Part shown: positions 53,614 through 64,000 of the stretch, in pieces | Numbering within the stretch: position 1 is the first letter of the stretch | Layout of the letters: the number at the start of each line of letters is the position of its first letter | NCBI GenBank assembly: GCA_951406725.2 | Contig: OX597832.1 | Span: forward strand, 48,608,001-48,672,000 | Direction of reading: 5' to 3' | Origin: Octopus vulgaris | Taxonomy: Eukaryota | Length of the DNA: 64,000 nucleotides | Notes under the pieces: generated by a model | Databases searched by the model: none | The model's input: the letters and a program-made list of their open reading frames with translations, nothing else | What the model was told of the DNA's origin: nothing | Translations under genes and position numbers: made by a program

Positions 53614-54444
53614 TCATTTCATAATCATTACACGACAAACACCAAGCTACTTCTATCTCAGTCTATTCGCAAAATTGTAGCACAGCATACCACCCCACCT
53701 TTCAACACCGCTGAAACCTATGGAGCTACTGGAACACTACTCTACAATGCAACACTTCACACCACTCCACAACGGACCATTCCAGAATATGACACACTTT
53801 ATCACACAAAAGCGATATCGCTCCCACATCAATGTATCCACAAAATCAAATTGTACCACATCGCGGTAGAGTACACCTCTCCACACCACAAAAAACCCAA
53901 CAAATCACCTCTATACCCGCTTCACGTCTCTGAATCCATTTTACATGGTATTTGAAGGAATAAATATGGTAGCTTAGTGTAGTGTGGTGTGGGGGTTTAG
54001 TCAGTTGTGCAGAAGCATCACTGGGGGCCCCGATTCTAATCTACGCGTGCTGCGGTTCTATGACCATCTGACTAAAATAATCTTTTCTACTATAGATATA
54101 AAGCCAGAACTTTTGAGAGGCGGGGCACTCGATTACATCAATTCCAGTACTCGACTGGTACTTATTTTATCGGACTCGAAAGGATGACAGCAAGGTCGAC
54201 ATCGGTGACATTTGAACTCAGAACGTACAACCGGAAGGATGCTACTAAGCATTTCGTACGACGCGCTAACGATTCTGCCAGCTCACACCACTTTCAATTA
54301 TATCTTGGTCTCCCTGTATTTCCTTTCCTTTTATTCTCTTCATCTTTTTTATATCCGTATTTCCGGTATCCAAGATGACCGATCCTTGCATGATACATTC
54401 ATCTGCACATGTTGCACTTGATAAACGGATATGAGCCAGGTTAC

Positions 54445-54855
54445 TCTTTTCTCTTTTACTCTTTTACTTGTTTCAGTCATTTGACTGCGGCCATGCTGGA
54501 GCACCGCCTTTAGTCGAGCAAATCGACCTCGGGACTTATTCTTTCTAAGCCCAGTACTTATTCTATCGGTCTCTTTTGCCGAACCGCTAAGTGACGGGGA
54601 CGTAAACACACCAGCATCGGTTGTCAAGCAATGCTAGGGGGACAAACACAGACACACAAACACACACACATACATATTTATATACATATATACGACAGGC
54701 TTCTTTCAGTTTCCGTCTACCAAATCCACTCACAAGGCATTGGTCGGCCCGGGGCTATAGCAGAAGACACATGCCCAAGATGCCACGCAGTGGGACTGAA
54801 CCCGGAACCATGTTGTTGGTTAGCAAGCTACTTACCACACAGCCACTCCTGCGCC
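54445..54855 (-). mobile_element. SINE family A, full length
   Basis: Head, body and tail motifs. Confidence 0.92.
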
Positions 54856-55097
54856 TATATGTTTCACTTGTTTGTTAAAGACATTATGTCAGTGATCAGA
54901 TCGTGGAATATGGGGATGAAATGACAAATAATTTTTTTTTTACGTTCTCTCTTCGAATCCTTCTGGGGTCGAAGTCAATTGTTACCTTGCCGAGGGCCAA
55001 TAAATTTAAACGACTGTCATTTACTAGGGTGCTTCTTCGTTTCATCGACCGGCCAAGTTATTTACCTCAGCAGAGTATGTGACCATGAACGTAAGTT

Positions 55098-55186
<89 letters not shown>

Positions 55187-55364
55187 ACTGCTGTCGTCGG
55201 TTTTTGTCATGTATGGCGTGCTTTTATATTCTGAAATCAAATCCCATCGGATTGGTCTTCGTTTTTCTTTCTCCCGAGGTTAATTAAATTAATACCAATC
55301 AAATTCTCTCGTCTCTGGTCTACTTAATTGACTCTATCACCGTAATGCACCACTTTGAAAAAGT

Positions 55365-55390
55365 TATCATCATCATCATCATCATCATCA

Positions 55391-55466
<76 letters not shown>

Positions 55467-55575
55467 CATCATCATCATCATTATCATTATTATTATTATC
55501 ATTATTATTATTATTATTATTATCATCATCATCATCATTATTATTATCATTATTATTATTATTATTATTATTATC

Positions 55576-55673
<98 letters not shown>

Positions 55674-55728
55674 CATCATCATCATTATTATTATTATTAT
55701 TATTATCATCATCATCATCATCATCATC

Positions 55729-55770
<42 letters not shown>

Positions 55771-55818
55771 GTTGTTGTTATTATTATTATTATTATCATC
55801 ATCATCATCATCATCATC

Positions 55819-55865
<47 letters not shown>

Positions 55866-55878
55866 CATCATCATCATC

Positions 55879-55920
<42 letters not shown>

Positions 55921-55947
55921 GTTGTTGTTATTATTATTATTATTATT
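55365..55947 (+). repeat. Compound (ATT)/(ATC)n microsatellite
   Basis: Directly visible. It explains the 280+ aa poly-I/L ORFs. Confidence 0.98.
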
Positions 55948-55988
55948 CCTCTTTCAATTATCTTTTTTCCATTTCGGTTTATCTGTTC

Positions 55989-56024
<36 letters not shown>

Positions 56025-56635
56025 ATACATACATATATACATACATACATCCATGCATATATACATACATACATATATATATGTGTTTTGTGTGCGCGTG
56101 TGTATACACACGTACACACACACACACACACACACAAACGATTTATATATCCCCCATTTGTGTTCATCCTTCACTTTCCTCCACCCTTTCCCTTCCTGTT
56201 TCCAGTGTTAACAGCTTGTTTAATTAAAAAAACAAAAATCTGTCAATGTTTGTCTAACAATGTTGCCAACATGTTTGGCAAGATGTTTACCGGACGGAAT
56301 AATATTTTGTTTGCCAGTAGAAGCGACAGTATTTAGACATCACTATCATGGCTGCATCGTCAGCCGTACCAATTCCATTGAAGATAGCTTTTGTTTGTAT
56401 TTGAAGGAAATTCGGATTTCCTCTCTTTTTCTGTTTTTTTTAAAAATTATTTTTATTGGTCCTCGCCTCGGTTATCATGAATGAGTATTCCAGTTGTCTG
56501 GTCAACGGAACTGCCGAGTCTTTGGATTATAGAGTAATTTAGCTGAGTAGACCGTAGTTAACACATTTTAAAACAATTATCAGATAGAGTCATTGTGACA
56601 CAGTGTTTGGCAAAGTTTCAGCTAAGAATCTTTTA

Positions 56636-56860
56636 CCTATTTCTTTACTACCCACAAGGGGCTAAACACAGAGAGGACAAACAAGGACAGACATAGGTAT
56701 TAAGTCGATTACATCGACCCCAGTCCGTAACTGGTACTTAATTTATCGACCCCGAAAGGATGAAAGGCAAAGTCGACCTCGGCGGAATTTGAACTCAGAA
56801 CGTAACGGCAGACGAAATACGGCTACGCATTTCGCCCGGCGTGCTAACGTTTCTGCCAGC
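56636..56860 (-). mobile_element. SINE family B
   Basis: Core motifs. The flank CAGCTAAGAATC..TTTACC is duplicated. Confidence 0.9.
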
Positions 56861-57286
56861 TAAGAATCATTTACCATATGTCTGATCTGAAGGGCTTTTC
56901 TACAGTTTCCGTTTACCAAATTTTATTAACCAGGCGTAAGTGTCTCCAAGTTTTGTTTCAATAAATTTGCCCCGAGCTATTACAAAATGGGATCGCCCGC
57001 GAAAACTCATCGCTACAAATTGAATAAACCATATGGGCGTAAACGCACACACACAAACACACATTTATATTATTTTACTTGTTTCAAATCGACCCCAGGA
57101 CTTAATCCTTGTAAGCCTAAGATTTATTCTATCGGTTCCTTTGCCGAATGGGGTAAGTTTCAGGGACCATCAGCACACTAACATCGGTTGTCAAGCGATG
57201 GAGGTGGAGACAAACACACACATACATACATACGTACATACATACATACATACATACATACATACATACATACATACATACATACA

Positions 57287-57333
<47 letters not shown>

Positions 57334-57412
57334 TAAATTATGAGGGTAGAAATTGATATTAATCAGTTAAAACCAGTGGCTTAGCTTATTTAAAAATACC
57401 AAGATTAAAAAT

Positions 57413-57610
57413 TATATTACATACAAAATTAAGAGGAATGACCACCAAGGCAGACTCCTAATATGCTAAATATAGACGTCAAAACTCCATCACCACGAAG
57501 AGTGTGTTCTCAAGAACACTCTTCGTGGTAATGGCGATTTGACGTCTATATTTAGCATATTAGGAGTCCACTTTGGTGACCATTCCCCTTAAATCTGTGT
57601 ATGTAATATA
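57413..57610. repeat. ~200-nt imperfect foldback palindrome
   Basis: ~95-nt arms including a perfect GACTCCTAATATGCTAAATATAGACGTCAAA / TTTGACGTCTATATTTAGCATATTAGGAGTC pair, with a tiny loop near 57510. Confidence 0.95.
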
Positions 57611-57940
57611 TATATAAATCTTTAGGTAAATATATGCAATAAGAATATTATATACTGAATTTATATACTGAGTGCTCCATTGTATAAAAATATTAATACT
57701 ATTAATATTAATACTATTAAAGTATTTATATATTTAATACGAGCGATATATACATATATTTTTTAATAATATATTATTATTATTAATAAAGAAAATCAGT
57801 ATCCAAACACATCATAATGATATACCCGTGTGAAAGACATTATTGTATTAAAAATATATATAAATAAATAAATATAAAAGTAAAAGCATAATTTATAAAA
57901 TAAATTTGATAATTTAAAATTTTTTAATTAATTACTTAAG

Positions 57941-58032
57941 TATCTTACGATCGTTTCGCAGAAGAATTGTCCCTATAATGAAATCCTATATTGATAAGCA
58001 TTTATAGACAACTCTTCTACTCTTCAGAGATA
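57941..58032 (-). ncRNA. Type I hammerhead ribozyme, apparently intact
   Basis: TATCT-CTGAAGA-GTAGAAGAGTTGTC...GACAATTCTTCTGC-GAAA-CGATCG-TA-AGATA. Stem I 5 bp, stem II 14 bp (two G-U), palindromic stem III, GUA cleavage triplet. Confidence 0.85.
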
Positions 58033-58429
58033 TAAAATATGAATATTGTATAATATATCGAATGATAGCTTTTTAAAAAAAAATTGAAGTAAAATTCACT
58101 GTCTTTATATAAAGCGTTCGTTTAAACATTACTTAACATCAAGCCTTGTGTATGCACACATCCCAAATCTTTAATTCGATATCCCTCTGTATCTCTGTAT
58201 GCGATGTAAAGCAGAGAAAACAATTAAACAACCGACATTTATATCGGCTAAAATTATATACCAAAGGCGAAACGAAATTGCTTCGGAAGTGAACGGGAGC
58301 GACTTATATTGATATTTCGCGACAATTTCTGCTCATTAGTGTCACATACTCCACCACAGCTTATTGTTTATTTTTAGAATCTTAAAAATGCGGCAGATCT
58401 AGTGAGAAAATTTTATGTTTGTGTAAGTA

Positions 58430-58499
<70 letters not shown>

Positions 58500-59117
58500 T
58501 GACGAGAATTTATATATTTCTCTCTTGTTCTTTAAAACATTTGAAAAGGCCTTCCTAACCCGAAATATCAATATTCATATTTCTACGGGAATATTACAGC
58601 TATTCTTTGCAAATATTATATATATACATACAAGCATACATACATACATACATACATACATACATACATACATACATACATACATACATACATACATACA
58701 TACATACATACATACATACGTACGTACATATATATATATTTATTCATCAATGCTTCAAACAAAATCCAACTCTCTCATATAAACGTTTGTGACTGAGTGT
58801 TCATGTACGACCTATTGAGTGACATTAAGTAGTGAATGTGTATAAGACTGAGTGCTTTCTTTTTATTGTAAATTCTGTTACTGAGCATGATTAGATTCCC
58901 TTATATAAAAGTGCTGTAGCAAAGTCAGATTTTGGTGTAAGCGAGTATGAATGGATGTACGCTTTAAAGTCAAGCATGGATATGGAGGAAAGAAAGTGGG
59001 CGTGTACTTGGTTTGTGTTCGACTTAATGCGTACTTGCGTGCGTAAATGGATACACGATGTGTATTGCGATGTCTTCGTACTGATATTAACAACGTGTGT
59101 GTGTATGTATGTATGTG

Positions 59118-59158
<41 letters not shown>

Positions 59159-59574
59159 GTACTTGTATGTATATGAACACGTACGTGCATATACAGAGAT
59201 AGGCAGGTACAAAAAACATTTACACAATCATACATTTATAACTATATATCGATATATATATATATACATATATATATATACATACATATATACACACGCA
59301 TATGTATATATATATTTATATACAAATATATACATATGTATATATACATACATATATATATATATTTATGTATTTATAGATATGTGGGTTTGTGTATTTG
59401 CATACATATATATATTCATATATATATATGTATATATATGTATATATATGTATATATATATATATATATATATGTTTAGGCACGTGTGCGTATGTACAAA
59501 CATGCACTTACATGCAAGAGCGCACGCGCATTTGTAAATATTATTATTTCATCCAATATACATATGTGTATATA

Positions 59575-59605
<31 letters not shown>

Positions 59606-59618
59606 GCATATATATGTA

Positions 59619-59684
<66 letters not shown>

Positions 59685-60057
59685 TACATACATACATACA
59701 TACATGCATATATACATACACACATAGACACACAATCACACATGCATATGTATGTATAAATGTTTGTGCGTGCAGGCGGGCGTACCTGTGTATGCATGGG
59801 TGTGTGTGTGCCCGTGAGAGCGAGCATGCATGTGTTTGTGAGAGCGTGTGTATATACCTCTATGCGTGTAAGTGCGCTTGTGTAATTAAGAAGCTTGCTT
59901 AACTGTAAACATACATGTAGATAACCGTGTTTGTTTGTACGCAATGTAAATAAATGTGTCTCTTGTTTGTGAGGTATTTCGCTGAGATCAATTTACCATA
60001 TATAGTGGAATATGTTTGGCTTTGATTGTTACATCTAAGGATAACTAGAAGAGAGAA

Positions 60058-60106
<49 letters not shown>

Positions 60107-60199
60107 GTGGAGAGGATATAGGGAAAATGAAGAAAAAGAAAAATGTGGAGGAGAAGGAGGGAAGGAAGATGGAAAATGAAGGAAAAAGATGAAAGAAAG

Positions 60200-60252
60200 C
60201 AAGAAGAAGGTGATGATGATCATGATCATGATAATGATGATGGTGATGATTT

Positions 60253-60323
<71 letters not shown>

Positions 60324-60553
60324 GGTGGTGGTGGTGAATCCGAAAAAAAATAATGAGAAGGAAACTAGGGTAAGAAAAGGCAAAGAAAACGTAGAAGGCA
60401 GAGAAGAAGGAGAAGGTAAGGTATAAGTCGGAGGAGAAACGGAGGGGACAAAAGGGAGCCGCAGGAGTAGGAGGAGATGATGACGATGAAGAAGACGAAG
60501 GAGGAAAAGAAAGAAAAGGGGGGAAGAAGAGAAGAGAAGCGAAAGAAGAAAAT

Positions 60554-60604
<51 letters not shown>

Positions 60605-60770
60605 AAGAAGAAGAAGAAGAAGAAGAAGAAGACGAAGAAGAAGACGAAGAAGACGAAGAAGACGAAGAAGAAGAAGAAGAAGAAGAAGAAGAAGAAGAAG
60701 AAGAAGGAAAAGAAGAAGAAGACGAAGGAGGAGAGGGGGAGGAGGACGCAGAGAAGAATAACAACAATGA
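60200..60770 (+). repeat. Compound purine-rich simple repeats (GAT/GGT/TAG/GAA)
   Basis: Directly visible. Confidence 0.95.
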
Positions 60771-60999
60771 TAGCGAAAATGGTGAAAGACAATATAAGAT
60801 ATGAAAAAAAAAGGGGAAAAATGTATCGGAAAGTAAATAACAAAGATCATGTCGCAACAGGAGTGCTTGTGAACCATCTTTCCGACATGTTTGAAACGGC
60901 CCCCAAATGCTACCATACTTATCATTGGCTAATATGGCGCATATTATATATTAACTCTCGAAAATATAGCAAGAAATGATGGCTTCTGATTTGAAATGG

Positions 61000-61282
61000 T
61001 TATGATCAAGGGTTAATTGCAGCCAAACCCGACTCAGGATTACAGAACAATGATAGACCACCACGTCGACAACGGGACGCCAGTCCACCGCAGCGTTACT
61101 CAAGAAACAGGAAGAGAGAGTGAGAGAAAGTACAATAAGAGTCCTCACTAACCCCTGCCGGAGCTTCGTGAAGCTTTTAGGTGTTTTCGCTCAATAAACA
61201 CACACAACGCCCGGTCTGGGAATCGAAACTATGATCCTCCGACCGCGAGTCCGCTGCCCTAACCACTGGCCCATTGCGCTCC
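61000..61282 (-). mobile_element. SINE family C (tail type 4)
   Basis: Head matches 19778. The left boundary is uncertain. Confidence 0.8.
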
Positions 61283-61573
61283 ACACACACACACACACAC
61301 ACGCACACACACACATATATATACTGTATGCAGGGAGAGTCATTCTCTTTTAGTGCCTTATAATTTTACACACTCTTTTACCACACTCCCCAGACAACAG
61401 AATATGCTTCAACACACCAACTCACATAAAAAATCTTGCAAATCAAATAAAATTAAACGAAATATATATATATATATATATATATATATGCTACAATACG
61501 CGCGCACACACACACGCACACACACACACAGAGTTATAGATAAACATATAAATGTAAACATATAATATAAAAC

Positions 61574-61753
61574 AGGGGGCAAAGGAAAGTGATTGCGTCT
61601 CTCATAGCCTCTCCTCTCCAGGTGTAATGATCGCTGCAGAACTTCTACTTGGCTGCGCCTTGTGGAAAGTTCTTGCTTATGGCCTCTCCTGCACTACTGT
61701 GTCCACAGCAGCACCTTCACTCGGTACCCCCTGTTCTCACTGAGCCTGCTGTG
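61574..61753 (+). ncRNA. HDV-like ribozyme fold at the RTE 5' end (imperfect)
   Basis: P1 aGGGGGc/ACCCCCT(61726-32), P2 CACAGCAG(61704-11)/CTGCTGTG(61746-53), P3 ACC/GGT around a 7-nt L3 TTCACTC, candidate catalytic C at 61740. Confidence 0.55.
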
Positions 61754-62657
61754 TGGCGCGACCGGGTGCTTGGCGGTATAACCAGGTGGGCAGACTAGGC
61801 TCGTCAGCCTTGGTTGGCAGCCAGTCTAGGAGAAAGAAAACTCTGACTCCAAACCCTCGCTCCGCTGCCTTGCGGATGCTCTTGGGAGGGGGAAAGGCTA
61901 TGGGAGTAAACCCAGACAGAAAATCCGGTGTGGAGCCCCGAAGGCGGTAGGGTGTCGAATCTCGACCCTTTTCCGGCAACTCCTGCAGCCAACCAGACTC
62001 CAAACGTACTGCACTGCATTCCTTTGGATTATGTCTGGGGTGCCGAGAGGGAGATTCTGGTGTCTGGGCAGCCCAGTGTCTTCGTTCCTACCGCCCAGGC
62101 TTGCGCCATGGAGAAACTACTCCATCGATGGAACAAGCTGAGATGGCAGTTACGAACAGACTAATATGCCAAGCATGCATGCCCTCCTCGTGCGGAGACG
62201 ACTGCGCTGGCTCAGACACGTCTGCCGCATGCAGGACGGTCGCATGCCTAAAGACATCCTGTACAGCGAACACACCACGGGATCCCGACCCAAGGGACGT
62301 CCACAGCTACGATACAGGGATGTGTGCAAGCGCGACCTGAGGACTGCCAACATCTGTGTGGACACGTGGGAGGTAACAGCTGCTGACCGCTCTGCCTGGC
62401 GTCGGACAGTGAGGAAAGGCGTTTCCATGGCTGAGGAAAGGAGAGCACAGCTGTGGTCGGACAGGCGGGACAGGAGGAGGACAACTGCAGCAACACCCCA
62501 CACGTACCCATCGATGTTCGTGTGCAGCAACTGTACCAGGGACTGCCACTCTAGAATTGGACTGTTCAGTCACAGCAGACGCTGCTCATCATCAAAGTAG
62601 GCCCCACCCTTGGCGCGACCCATTGTCTATCAAGACAGACGGGAAATAAGAATAAGA
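61575..62657 (+). mobile_element. Internally deleted (bipartite) non-autonomous RTE-clade retrotransposon
   Basis: 13-bp TSD ATAATATAAAACA (61562-61574, 62658-62670). GC-rich RTE-type 5' UTR fused to the ORF C-terminus; (AATAAG)n tail. Confidence 0.9.
62166..62600 (+). pseudogene. C-terminal remnant of the RTE ORF (RT tail and zinc-finger-like motif)
   Basis: RRLRWLRHVCRMQDGRMPKDILY...GRPQLRYRDVCKRDL...DRSAWR...CSNCTRDCHSRIGLFSHSRRC*. Confidence 0.92.
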
Positions 62658-63466
62658 ATAATATAAAACACACGCACACATATATGCAACGGGTTTAATT
62701 CAATTTCCGCCTACCAAATCCACTCACGGGGTTTTAATCGACCTGGTGGTGGGGGGGGGGGCATGGTAGAAAACATGTCTAAGGCGTCACGTTGTGGGAC
62801 TGAACCCGGAGCCATGTTGTTGGGATGCTAGTTTCTTACCACACAGCCACATATACAATGATTGAGGGGGCGGGGAATAATGCGAGGGAAAGACACTGTA
62901 AAATCTTTGATTCTGTGTCTGCTCGCTTAGCGGATACCTGGGGCTAAACAGCAACAATGACAACGATAATGCCAATGTGAAATACAATCTTTACAAATAA
63001 CACCACCAATCATAACAAGAAGAGAAAACGAAGAATCACAATAGATATAAAATCTACAACAGCAACAACGACTACAAATAAATATATAAATAACTAACGG
63101 AATATGATAAAAGCAAGGCAGACGACAACGACGTCGAGATCAGCAACAACAAATGTAACAACAGCGGCCATTACAAAATAATATAGATATTAAGCTTGTT
63201 ACGTGTATAGCTTTAATAAAATTATCTCAAGACAATGGGAAAAGAAAAGAGAAAAATTGTAAGAAATCCTTTCAAAATCGTTTAATCCAAACGATACAAT
63301 TCCCTGAATATAATCCTATTTAAAACTATCAAAGTAATACATGTTCTCTCACACGAACTACACTCCTGTGTACGTTGAAGCTTTGCTTCCCTTTCATCTC
63401 TCTCTCTCTCTCTCTGTCTCTCTTTCTCTCTCTCTCTGTCTCTGTCTCTCTCTTTCTCTGTCTCTC

Positions 63467-63534
<68 letters not shown>

Positions 63535-63807
63535 ATGTGTCTGACAATTTTGTATATACTTATCTGTAAGTCTATGTATGTATGTATGTATGTATGTATG
63601 TATGTACGTACGTACGTATGTATCTACGTATCTATCGATCTATCTATCTATATATCTATCTATCTACCTATCTATCTATTTACCTGTCAAATTTTGTACA
63701 TACGTATTTGTTATTCTATCTATATATGCATGTATGTATATATGTATGTATGAATGTATGTATGTATCTATCTATCTATCTGCCTACCTACCTACCTACC
63801 TACCTAC

Positions 63808-63933
<126 letters not shown>

Positions 63934-64000
63934 GTCTGTCTGTCTCTCTCTATCCATCTATCCGTTTGTCTCTATACCAGTCTGTCCGTCTGTCTGTCAA

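Noticed and set aside
55320-56227. Long ORFs of 284-290 aa (also 60045-60925, 27381-27901, 11170-12022)
   Set aside because: Homopolymeric translations of trinucleotide microsatellites.
56263-56295. TGGCAAGATGTT similarity to the miR-31 seed (also AATTGCAC miR-92 seeds at ~1280 and ~24470)
   Set aside because: The match stops after the seed region and there is no pre-miRNA hairpin.

Overview
This is AT-rich, microsatellite-saturated eukaryotic DNA. Its SINE families suggest an octopus or other coleoid cephalopod genome (inference from recognition, no search run). No complete protein-coding gene can be supported, and almost all ORF-track entries are simple-repeat or SINE artefacts. The window holds: several tRNA-derived SINE families (here called A-D), LINE fragments (CR1-group, RTE), Penelope-like RT/GIY-YIG fragments, a pogo/Tigger transposase relic, a hAT MITE, Helitron-type elements, a U6 pseudogene and an intron-containing tRNA-Ile(TAT) pseudogene. 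The most interesting signals are RNA-level: an apparently intact type I hammerhead ribozyme (57941-58032, minus) next to a ~200-nt foldback; further hammerhead remnants; an HDV-like ribozyme fold at the exact 5' end of a TSD-flanked bipartite RTE element; a tRNA-Ile / inverted-repeat / (TA)n composite; recurrent self-junctions in SINE B; and tail swapping in SINE C. SINE boundaries are approximate (about +/-20 bp).
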